64,000 nt of DNA. It comes from Squalus acanthias. Taxonomy: Eukaryota. The notes below the pieces were generated by a model that was not told where the DNA came from, did not search any database, and saw only the letters and a program-made list of their open reading frames with translations. The translations under genes were made by a program, and so were the position numbers. The stretch covers positions 104,968,001 through 105,032,000 of the forward strand of contig CM059432.1 in assembly GCA_030390025.1 (NCBI GenBank), in the 5' to 3' direction. Position 1 is the stretch's first letter, and each line of letters opens with the position of its first letter. Positions 27,059-37,773 of the stretch are shown here, in pieces.

Positions 27059-29027
27059 AATGACAAAGTGAATGAAAGCAAAATGGATTGTAGATTAAAA
27101 ATTTACACATAGGGAGAATGCTTATTCCGGATCAAACTAACCCCAGACAGAAATAATCTGATCTCAGATTACACAACTTCACAATGCTTAATACTGCTCA
27201 CCAGTTTCACTGTACAATATATTGTTCCATTGCAACGCCAGGATATACTGGCTCAGATATTACTGTGACTCCCCAAGTTTGACATTAAATACAGCAAACA
27301 TTTTAGAAGCCACTTACCAATACACAACACAACTACTGATCAAACTGGCTTCATGTTTTAGTTTCTTCAAGGATCATTCCAAAATAATCTCATATTTGGT
27401 TGGCACTAGGCAACATGTTTCTAGGAAGGAGAAAAACACCATGCAAAATTCTTGATAAAGAAGTATCAACTTCAGGCAGAGAGCTAGCGAAAACTGTCAA
27501 TACTTTCTTCCAGGAAAGGAAGGTCCATTTGTTCCTTTGTAATAAAATGTCTTAGACAAGATACGTACAACTCTTTACAAACTAATGTAACAATTGGGGC
27601 GGGGAGGGGGGGGGGGGAAGAATAATCAAATTTATCACAAAAAAGACAATGCAATTCCAAAGTTTTCTTGGAGGGCTTTTAAACTGAAACTTTGAGGTCA
27701 CTGTGAAGCAGTTTCCACTTTGCAGCTATGTTAAAGTTGCAGTACATATCTGGAGTCAGGGATCCAACATGAAATGCAAGAGTGAAGCGGTGTGAGCCTC
27801 ACAAATGTATAGACAGTGCAGACACTACAGCCCTTGCTCTCCAAACATTTAAATCTTGACTACTGGGAGAGGAGCATTGCGCATATGTAACCACACATGC
27901 AAAGCTCTCCCTTGGACAGTTTAAGTCAGGCAGTATAAATGGGGTTACTGTCTGGCTGGAGCCGATACTCCAACCATAAATGCAGCATTAGAAAAGTCCC
28001 CTCCCAGTTAGCTTCTAGGATTTGAACCGCATCCCCCCCATTCCCATCCTTTAGAGAAAGCTGAATATTAGGTGTTTATCTAAAAAAAAATCCATTAACA
28101 ACCCCAGGCAATATTTAATCCCACCACTATTTCTACAACTGAAATTCCATATACACACACACACACACACAAACTACTCCCTATGCAATGAGTGCACGGC
28201 TCCTTACTTTCCACAGCAAAGCCTTAGGTGAAATTGCTGTGCTCCTACAAAGGCCTATTGTATGTAAAAACTGAAAGTTCTATTACCATATGCCACAGGC
28301 TAAAAATTATTAAATTACCTACCCTATGCAATTCTCAAACTTTGATCAACCATCTCAATTCCAGCTGCAAATTTGTATCAGTTGCAGAGTTGTTGGTCAG
28401 AAAAACTCGTTCTGCAGAACATCTTATTAAATGTACGTAGACTAATTATTGAACCGGTACTGCAACTTAGTCTTTACTAGCTGCACAGCCCGTATTATTG
28501 CACTTATATACACAACTGGGAAACAGTTGTAAATGAACCACAACAGGAAAATTGTAAGATAATACATTTGATGGATTATACTGTTTGCTACAAAGGAATT
28601 TATGCATTTTGACATGGAAGTAATATTTACATCACACACTGAAGTGGTCTCCACTGTAATTATAAACATACATGGATAGTTAGCTAGGCTAAAATCTTAT
28701 GACTGTCCCCACTGTTTTATTTCCAGAAGTACCCATCGAAATAAAAAGCCCCCTGAAAAGTAGTAAAAATATGCACCAAAGAATGTATTTCCCTCATACC
28801 AATTTAACCCGACAGAGCGCACAAGCAAGGGAATTCACATCTCGACCTCGGTCAATGTCATCATTGTACCAGATTGAACCATTCTTCAGTTTATCCCGCC
28901 ATATGAGAAACACCTCATCTCAACTCAGCATCTTCCATGCATGCCATGTAACAAGGAACTCACCATAAAGCAGAGAACTCTGAAATTGATCGTACCTGCT
29001 GCAGAACCCCCATCTCCACATTTAAGA

Positions 29028-29445
29028 AACAAAGAACTTGCATTTATATAACACCTTTAGCAGCCTCACCGTATTCAAAAGCGCTTCACAGCCAATGAAG
29101 TACATTTGAAGTGTAGTCACTTTACAATGTAGGGAACATGGCAGTCAAGGTTCCACAAACAGCAATGACAAAAGTGACCAGGTAATCTGTTTTAGTGATG
29201 TTGGCACTGAAATAATTCCAATGCTATTCTTTGATAAGTGCCATGGGATCTTTTACATCCAGTTGAGGGGGCAGACGGGGCCCTTGGTTTAATGTTTCAT
29301 CTGAAAGATGGCACCTCTGACAGTGCAGCACTCCAAGTACTGCACTGAAGTATCAGCTAGATTATGTGCTCAAGTCTCTGGAGTGGGGTTTGAACTCATA
29401 ACCTTCTGACTCGGAGCCAAAAATGCTACTGAACCAAAGCTGACA
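29028..29445 (-). mobile_element. Near full-length DeuSINE (SacSINE1-like)
   Basis: tRNA-like head (ttggttcagtagc...gagttcaaacccc), Deu-like core and an L2-type tail. Confidence 0.75.
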
Positions 29446-32400
29446 TTTATATTTCAGAGCAATTTCTTTCCCAGCTCACTACTTTTCTCCTCCCTGCTGT
29501 GGTATGGATTCACAGGCACCAGTCGCCCTCCAATACCTTGCCCACGTAATCATTACGTGAGCCTCGGCATTGAACAGTGATAGCTGCGATTTTCCCCCAT
29601 GTGGTCAAATAGCCCAAGTCAATCCTGTCCTCATTAGAACCTCACAAATGCACTGTTCTCATCGGACATCCACTGATGCAAACTTCCATGAGGAGTCTCC
29701 AGATAGCAATCCAGGGTAGGAACCTGACCAACTTCCCCTCCCTATCCCAGACAACTGTCTAGCACTTATGACTAAGCTCAGCTCCCTCAGCACAGATTAA
29801 GGCCCAAGACCATGGGTCAAACCTGGAACCTTGCTAGTATGTATGCCTCAGCTACTCACTTGAGCAATTAGACAAACCACACAGTGCAGTTTATATAGTA
29901 CTAGATTCATAAGTAAACAAGTGCACAAGCATTTATGATGGTGTTAGAAGCTGTGCTGCTTGGAAGCACAGACTAACACCACTTTCAGTGCAGCACACAA
30001 TTTCTAATGGCACTAGCTCAGCTTCATTACTAAATGAGGCAAAAGCCACAAATATGGTTTTAGTTATGTTGTTCAACTGTACCTATTCTGGATGATGCAA
30101 GGAAAATGTCACATTAGCTATGTAAATACAAGGCAATTCTTCCCTTTGAACAGTTACCTCACTCACATCAGCGCTCCTGTACAATGTAGCAAGTGTCAAG
30201 TTGAAATTAGTTTTAATTAAGCCTTTACAGATCAAGCCAAGTATCACGATATTGGTTATATAGTGTAAAGTCTATGTGAAGTTCTCTTGTTCATGTATCA
30301 ACCAACACAACAACAAAGTTCAAGCATAATTAAGCTTCTAGTTTTAAATTCAGAAGTTCGCCAGTTGCATAAGTACTCCTAAAAATTGCAGGCATCCAAC
30401 TTCAATAACCATAGAACATTAAGACTTTCCGGTGAATGTTTTGGGCCATTCCCTGCACAGTTATTTTGAGTCATCCATGAAAAATGTCACTTGCAGTTTC
30501 AAATCATTGCCGACTGTGGATTTCTTTAGCCACACTTAATACTTCACTAGTACAAAATAACAGCAAGGTTTTTATGTATGCCTATGCATTTTATAATAAA
30601 CCATATTTCTCAGAGGGTGGTCTTGGACATTTTGGATATGGTCTGCATGCCTGAGGGGATCAGGCTAAAGAGAATGATAAGACAGACAATGAATTGTCTA
30701 AAAGCCCAGATTAGAGTGTACATTGGGATCCAGACTTGCTTATAAAACTAGTCCCCAAATTGCAAAATCACAAGTTAATTTACCACTGTCCAACGCCAGA
30801 AAAAAATTAAACCAGTTCTGGTTCAGAACTGCATGCCCCAGAATGCACTGTAAAATAATTTAAATATGCAAAACATTCCAAGACAATGTGCACACAATCT
30901 CAGTTGTTGGGTGCGGGGTTGGTGGGGGTGCTTAGAGCTGTTAATAACAGATATAAATCAAGTTAAACTACTTAGAAGTCAAAGTACTAAAGCTTTGCTA
31001 CAGCACAAATTCATTAATGTACATCACTCAGGAGGTTAATTTAAAAAAGTGCCACACTGAAATATTTGTAGTAGAATCTAATCTGTTAATGGGCCTGTGA
31101 GCCTATAAAAGGGATGACGCAAAAAGGAGACTGCACACACTGCCGTTCACCTGTCAGCACATGGACATTCGTTCACAAATTTGACAGTCAGCAAAAACCT
31201 TTTGCATTTCTGCAACTTCAGCAAATTGCCGTGTGTCATAACTGCATTACAGCAGTCGATCATAGATGTTATGAATATAAAATTATTAAAACAAGGCAAT
31301 AAAGGTCAAATTCCATTAACCACTCACTGATTGACAATGCACAAGTATCGAAATGTATAACCCTTCAATCCTTGATATTTCTCATCACTTTCTATTAATC
31401 TGAAAAAGTATTGTGAAATGTTTAGGAGCACAATGCTTCTACTGAAAGTTGGGGTGGGAGGGGTTAGCATTTCCATGGTAACAAAGAAAACAAAACTATA
31501 CAGAAAGTACAACAGTAAAACTACAGCCATACCATATAACCTCCAGCCTTACCGCAAGTCTTTTTGCCCAGAAAAGAAATCACCCATTAACTCTTTGCAA
31601 CATGCACTTTTGCTATTAGGGCAAAAGCATCTTATAAAACTGTACGTGCCAATTAGAGCCTTTTAAATGTGTAGACAGACAAAATGGGAAACATTAAATC
31701 TTTTGAGCAATTAGTTATCGGACGTGCAAGTTATTTAGAACTGCAACTTCTCAGCATTTCTTCAGGGATAAAGTCACTTTGCATGCAAGTCTACAGTGAC
31801 AGCTAGAATGCAATGCAAGGCATTCCCGACACCCCTCAGCTAAATTACAATCAATAAAAGCTCCACCACTGCAGGAAAGTATAAAACCAACCAAGAACCT
31901 CCGGAAACAGACACACAATTTCACTTACAAAATCATGAATGTACTTCTGCCATGTCACAAAATAATTTGATACCTCAAGCAGAAATTCTGCAAAACTGTA
32001 ACACTACAAAACATTTTCTTTAAAACTCATCTGATAATATTCCAACTTCCATAAAAAACAACGTTTCTTTAGAGACTTTGCTGAAAAACCACAATCCAAA
32101 TAGAACTAACCTGTTTAATTGCCTCAGTGGGGAGGGGGGAAATCAGTTCTCAGGGAATGATAAAAAAATCTTGGAAGTGTATTACAAAACCAATCAGGTT
32201 AGCAAAGAAAAGGGCAATCACTGCCAGGAGGGGAAAAAACAACCATTTTGTATAAATTGTGCGGTTCGATCGATTTTTACAATGAAAGACGATACAAATA
32301 GAAATCCTAAACTAAAAATGGTAAAAGTGCCTCAAGCCCCATTTCCGAAATCTCAATTAGACTCGAAAATTCCAGCTCACAAGATTATGCAAACGGAGCA

Positions 32401-32838
32401 GCTTCTTTATACTTTTCCTATGCGTGATACTGTGTGCTATGGATTGTCCACTGCCCTGTAAAAAATGATTATATCTGTAGACTTGCCCGTTCCTCCATAC
32501 AAAGAACTGGACAACTGATGCACACCAATAGTGCCGCACGGTTTCCTAAAACATCGGATGTAAAAGCCAAAAGCCATTTCACGTCAACGAAACCTACCAC
32601 GGGATGGAAAGAAAATGTTGCTCCTGCAGGGCACACACTTAGGTTTACTTTTGTTTGGACTCTTACCTTTTCTTTTGCTGTCGAAGAAGTACATTTCAAC
32701 ACCATTCTTCTACCAAAATATGTGTTGCAGATCCAAAAAAAACCGCACGTTGTTGATACGTGACTGTTACTCAGTTTCAACTGCGATACCTACCTTTCTC
32801 GTGGGAGAAACAATCATTTTTCTAAAGCTAACATTTAC

Positions 32839-33797
32839 CTCTCATATTCGTCGTTGTCCTTGTCGCAGCGGGCGTCCTTATGTTTCTGCCAGTCTTTTCC
32901 ATGTTTACAGGTCGTTAAGAGGACAATATCCTCTGCATTGTGGACATGATATAAGGCATTCCTGGTATCAGAGCCTATGCCAGTCAAATACCTTTTCCCT
33001 TTAAATACCAGCAAGTACTTTCTCAGGGGAGGGATGTTATTGAAAAGCATGTAACCCTTCTCCCCTCCGGTCCTTGGGTGATCTTTCGAAAAAAGCGGTA
33101 TGGAAACGTCAAAATTGCTCCTGAAATTTTCAGTACTGATGCTGGCTTTGGCCAACATCGCCTGGCTGATATCAAAACCCAGGTCCTCGGTGTAATCGGG
33201 CCATGTCCCCGAATAGAGATTAAAAATTAAATGGTTCCTGCCATTGTTCCACAAGTACAGACTCTGAACTTTACTCTTTAGGTTGTGTACGTACTGAGGC
33301 GAAAGCTGGTCCCGATCTAAAGTGTCTAAACTCAGCACGAAGAGACAAGCCTGTCTCGGATCCGAGGTATAAAACTTGGAGTTCTCGATGGCTGCCAGGA
33401 TGTTTTGGTAACTTTCGGACATTTTCTCCCCTTTCTGCTGCGGGTAGACGTAGACTTTGAAACCGTTTCTCTGGCACAGAGAAAAGTCGAAGCAAGAGTC
33501 CATGCGGCATTTCTTCGCCTTGTAGACGCTGCTGTTAATCTGCCTCTTCTGCCGGGGAGAGCCGCGCTGCAGGAACTCTTCGTCCTCCTGCTGGTCCCCG
33601 GCAGAGAAGCTCTGCAAGGAGCTGGACCACTCGGGCCAGCGCTCGGGACCAGACAGCGAGCCATCATCGTCCGCTGCCCAACGCCGGCTTTGCCTCCGGG
33701 CGGCAAACAGCTGTCCGAACCGCACTCCCGCCAGGTAGACGAGCAACAGCAGACTGGCGCCGGCTGAGAGTAAAAGGTAGCGTTTTTTGGCCTGCAT
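32839..33797 (-). CDS. EXT1: Exostosin-1 family glycosyltransferase, coding exon 1 (319 codons + 2 nt); gene continues leftward beyond the window
   Basis: Translation MQAKKRY-hydrophobic signal anchor-...SPRQKR...CRMDSCFDF...[14 protein letters not shown]...[18 protein letters not shown]...[12 protein letters not shown] closely matches vertebrate EXT1 exon 1. ATG at 33797. Donor AG|GTAAAT at 32839/32838, phase 2 as in EXT1. The track ORF's upstream GTG start and its intronic TAA stop are not the real ends. Exact paralog (EXT1 vs ext1c/EXTL1 lineage) is uncertain. Confidence 0.93.
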
Positions 33798-34745
33798 GTG
33801 TCCGATCGCAGAAGGCTCGCCGCACAGGAGGAGGAGTACCACCAGCACCGGGAGAAGAGACTAAATCCGAGCCTGAGACTGAGCCGGAGCCGATCACCTC
33901 CAGTCCGCCATCTTCCCCCAGCCACAGAGCCGCACACTGAATGAAGAAACTTCAGCACCCTTCTTCTTCTTCTTTTCCCAGATCCTGCTATTCCAGCGCA
34001 TGTGGGCGATTTTTTTTTTTGTTGCAACTAGTCTCCACCACCACCACGGCTACGATGTGGCATGTAAAGCTGCAGCGCCCAGGCGCCTCATCGCCGCGCT
34101 ACTCTCAGCAACGTGCCGCTCCTTCCAGCGGCGAGCCGGGGGCTCCGCGCGGCGGGGCAGACAGAACGCCGGCCCGGCGCGTTCTGGAACACCATGGGAT
34201 TCCGTCCCTCTGTCCGCCGCCTCGCGCCCCGAACCCTGCCCCGGCCTCCCGCCTTCGGTCCGCCCAAAACTCCAGCGCTCGCGCTCGCTGGCAGCCCCTC
34301 AGCAAATCCCACCCCCTCCTCGCTCGCTCGGCACCGCACCAGAGAGAGAGAGACAGAGAGCAAAACCTAATCAAGGCACCGCTTTTCAGTCCGATGGAAA
34401 AGCAAACCGGTATTTGTGTCTTGGCGGGTGAAAGGGAGGGAGGGCGCTACGCACGGTTATCGCCGCGATTGATTCCTTTCGAGGGCGCTGAACGCGGCTT
34501 ATGATCTGGCCGAGCACCCTTCCCTCGTCGGCCCTGATTGCATTCTAACTCCAGCCCCCCCACCCCCCCGGACACGCATTCCCGCACCCTTACCCCTCCC
34601 CACCCCGCTAAAGTCAACGCCGTGCCATTGGGCTGCGTCACTTCCTCGCAAGCCGACTGGGTCCAATAGGGCAGGGCGGAGGCGGTGCCTGGGGGGAAGC
34701 CCATTCATGGGAAGTGAGCGCTTGTTGCAGTTTCGAAGACCTGAC
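33450..34745 (-). promoter_or_regulatory. CpG island / TATA-less promoter and 5' leader
   Basis: GC- and CpG-rich. ATTGG 34627-34631, overlapping ETS/CRE-like TGCGTCACTTCCT 34634-34646, CCAAT 34663-34667, GC box GGGCGG 34674-34679, YY1-like AAGATGGCGG on the minus strand at about 33905-33914. Confidence 0.75.
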
Positions 34746-35796
34746 AAAGAGGAAATAGTGACGATAGTACTTGACTCATAGAATGGTTACTGCATGGAAG
34801 GTGGTCATTCGGCCCGTCCCGGCTCTCTGCAAGAGCACTTCAGCTGGACCCACTCCCCCGCCCTTCCCTTTCCCCGTAGCCCTGCAAATTTCTTTCCCTC
34901 AGGTACTTAAAAAACTCCCTTTTGAAAGCTGTAATTGAATCTGCCTCCACCACCCTTTCAGGCAGTGCATTCCAGATCTCAACCACTCGCTGCATAAAAA
35001 AGTTTCTTCTTACGTCGCCTTTGGTTCTTCTGCCAATCACCTTAAATCTATGTCCCCTGGTTCTCGACCCTTCTGCCAATGGGAACAGTTTCTACCTACT
35101 CTGTCTAGACCCTTCATGATTTTGAACTATCACATCTCCTCTTAATCTTCTCTGCTCCAAGGAGAACAACCCTAGCTTCTCCAGTCTATCAACATAGCTG
35201 AAGTCCCTCATTCCTGGAATCATTCTCGTAAATCTTTTCTGCACCCTCTCTAAGGCCTTCACATCCTTCCTGCATATCTGGTGCCCAGGATTGGACACAG
35301 TACTCCAGTTGTGGCCGAACCAGTGTTTTATACAGGTTCATCATAATTTCCACACTTTTGTTCTCTATACCTCTATTCATGAAGCCCAGGATCCCGTGGG
35401 CCTTTTTAAATGCTTTCTCAACCTGCTTTGCCACCTTTAACGATTTGTGCACACATACCCCCTGGTCTCTCTGTTCGTGCACCCACTTCAGAATTGTACC
35501 ATTTGGTTTATATGTCCTCTCCTCATTCTTTCTACCAAAATGTAGGACTTCACACTTTTCTGCATTAAATTTCATCTGCCACGTGTCTGCCCATTTCACC
35601 AGCCTGTCTATGTCTTCCTGAAGTATATCACTCTCCTCCTCACGGTTCACTATACTTGCAAGTTTTGTGTCATCTGCAAATTTTGAAATTGTGCCCTGTA
35701 CACCCATGTCCAAGTCATTAATATATATCTAGAATAACAACAGAAAACGCTGGAAAAACTCAGCAGGCCAGGCAGCATCCGTGGAGAGAGAAAGAG

Positions 35797-35833
35797 AGTT
35801 AACGTTTCAGGTCGATGACCTTTCATCAGAACT
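35797..35833 (-). ncRNA. Minimal type I hammerhead ribozyme
   Basis: agtt-CTGATGA-a-aggtc-atc-gacct-GAA-AC-GT-T-aact: stem I, core boxes, stem II and a palindromic loopless stem III, as described for PLE termini. Confidence 0.75.
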
Positions 35834-36111
35834 GGGAAGAGCCGGAAATCAAATAGATTTAAGGCCAGGGTAAAGCTGGGAAAAGGGAGAGGGGATAAAG
35901 GAACAAAAGGAGAGATGAAGAGACATTAAGAGACATTAAGAGATATGCAAGGCTAGAGGTGGTGTTAATGTGACAGATTAAGGCTGAATGAAGTGTGAAA
36001 TCCACTGGCAGAATGAAGGACAGCTGCCAGCTTCTAGGAGGAAAAAAAAGGTGGGGGGGGGACAAATAAAAGGGTGGATAAAATAAAATATAAATGTGAT
36101 TGGAGCTGATG

Positions 36112-37773
36112 TTATGATCTAAAATTGTTGAACTCGATATTGAGTCCAGAGGGCTGTAGCGTGCCTAAACGAAAGATGAGGTGCTGTTCCTCGAGCTTTC
36201 GCTGAGCTTCCGTGGAACAGTGTAATAGGCCGAGGACGGTGAGGTCAGAGTGGGAGTGAAGCGGTGAATTAAAGTGACAGGCCACCGGGAGCTCGGGGTC
36301 CCCCTTACGGACTGAACGGAGGTGTTCCGCAAAGCGGTCACCCAATCTGCGTTTGGTCTCCCCAATGTAGAGGAGTCCACATCGTGAGCAGCGAATACAG
36401 TATACTAAATTGCAGGAAGTACAAGTAAATCGCTGTTTCACCTGAAAGGGGTGTTTGGGGCCCTGGACAGTGGGAAGAGGGGAGGTATAAGGGCATGTGT
36501 TGCATCTCCTGCGCGTGCACGGGAAGGTGCCGGGCGAAGGGGAAGGGGTGCTGGGGGTGGTAGAGGAGTGGACTAGGGTGTCGCGGAGGGAGCGGTCCCT
36601 ACGGAATGCTGAAAGGGGAGGTGAGGGGAAGATGTGTTTGGTGGTGGGATCACGCTGGAGGTGGCGGAAATGGCGGAGGATGATCCGTTGAATGTGGAGG
36701 CTGGTGGGGTGAAAGGTGAGGACAAGGGGAACCCTATCGTGGTTCCGGGAGGGAGGGGCAGGGGTGAGGGCAGATGTGCGGGAGATAGAACGGACACGGT
36801 CGAGGGCCGTGTCGACCACGGTAGAGGGAAATCCTCGGTTGAGGAAAAAGGAAGACATGTCGGAAGCACTGGTATGGAAGGTGGCATCATCAGAGCAGAT
36901 GCGGCGGAGACGGAGAAACTGGGAGAATGGAATAGAGTCCTTACAGGAGGCGGGGTGGGAGGAAGTGTAGTCCAGGTAGCTGTGGGAGTCGGTGGGCTTG
37001 TAGTGAATGTTAGTCAATAACCTATCCCCAGAGATGGAGATGGAGAAGTCGAGGAAGGGAAGGGAAGAGTCGGAGATGGACCATGTGAAGGTGAGGGAAG
37101 GGTGGAAATTGGAAGCATAGTGAATGAAATGTTCTAGTTCAGGGCGAGAGCAGGAGACGGCACCGATACAGTCATCAATGTACCGGAAAAAGAGGTGAGG
37201 GAGGGGACCCGAGTAGGACTGGAACAAAGAGTGTTCCACATATCCCACGAAAAGGCAGGCATAGCTAGGACCCATGCGGGTACCCATAGCAACACCTTTA
37301 ATTTGGAGGAAATGGGTAGAGTCAAAGGAGAAGTTGTTCAATGTGAGAACAAGTTCAGCCAGGCGGAGGAGGGTGGTGGTGGATGGGGACTGGTTGGGCC
37401 TCTGTTCAAGGAAGAAGCGGAGCGCCCTCAGGCCATCCTGGTGGGGAATGGAGGTGTAGAGGGATTGTACGTCCATCGTGAAGAGGAGACGGTTGGGGCC
37501 GGGAAACTGGAAACTGTTAAAATGGCGGAGGGCATCGGAAGAGTCACGGATGTAGGTGGGAAGAGACTGAACAAGGGGAGAAAAAATAGAGTCGAGATAG
37601 GAAGAGATAAGTTCCGTGGGGCAAGAACAGGCTGAAACGATGGGTCTACCGGGGCAGTCCTGTTTGTGGATCTTGGGAAGGAGGTAGAAGCGGGCTGTGC
37701 GGGGTTGGGGAACTATGAGGTTGGCGGCCGTGGGGGGAAGATCTCCAGAGGAGATAAGGTCAGTGACAGTCCT
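36112..37773 (-). CDS. PLE reverse transcriptase + GIY-YIG endonuclease (N-truncated, 553 uninterrupted codons)
   Basis: FYLLPKIHK, GRPIVS, DVQSLYTSI, QIKGVAMG, RYIDD, FLDF, a C-x4-C-x2-C linker (CTRRRCNTC), and VYCIRCSRCGLLYIGETKR...RFAEH. The frame is open from the 5' junction, upstream of the track's Met at 37476. Confidence 0.92.
   Translation of the reverse strand, partial: RTVTDLISSGDLPPTAANLIVPQPRTARFYLLPKIHKQDCPGRPIVSACSCPTELISSYLDSIFSPLVQSLPTYIRDSSDALRHFNSFQFPGPNRLLFTMDVQSLYTSIPHQDGLRALRFFLEQRPNQSPSTTTLLRLAELVLTLNNFSFDSTHFLQIKGVAMGTRMGPSYACLFVGYVEHSLFQSYSGPLPHLFFRYIDDCIGAVSCSRPELEHFIHYASNFHPSLTFTWSISDSSLPFLDFSISISGDRLLTNIHYKPTDSHSYLDYTSSHPASCKDSIPFSQFLRLRRICSDDATFHTSASDMSSFFLNRGFPSTVVDTALDRVRSISRTSALTPAPPSRNHDRVPLVLTFHPTSLHIQRIILRHFRHLQRDPTTKHIFPSPPLSAFRRDRSLRDTLVHSSTTPSTPSPSPGTFPCTRRRCNTCPYTSPLPTVQGPKHPFQVKQRFTCTSCNLVYCIRCSRCGLLYIGETKRRLGDRFAEHLRSVRKGDPELPVACHFNSPLHSHSDLTVLGLLHCSTEAQRKLEEQHLIFRLGTLQPSGLNIEFNNFRS

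Larger units (their letters stand above)
1..32838 (-). other. Intron 1 of the EXT1-family gene (partial)
   Basis: Follows the GT donor. No exon-2-like peptide recognised in this span. EXT1 intron 1 is known to be very large. Confidence 0.8.
35735..37773 (-). mobile_element. Penelope-like retroelement (Neptune-like), 5'-truncated
   Basis: Flanked by 9-bp direct repeat tatctagaa (35726-35734, 37774-37782). Encodes RT plus GIY-YIG; hammerhead motif in the 3' end. Confidence 0.93.

Noticed and set aside
33332..34747. Multiple 80-230 aa ORFs overlapping EXT1 exon 1 and the CpG island
   Set aside because: Expected in GC-rich, stop-poor sequence. No domains, and many have non-ATG starts.
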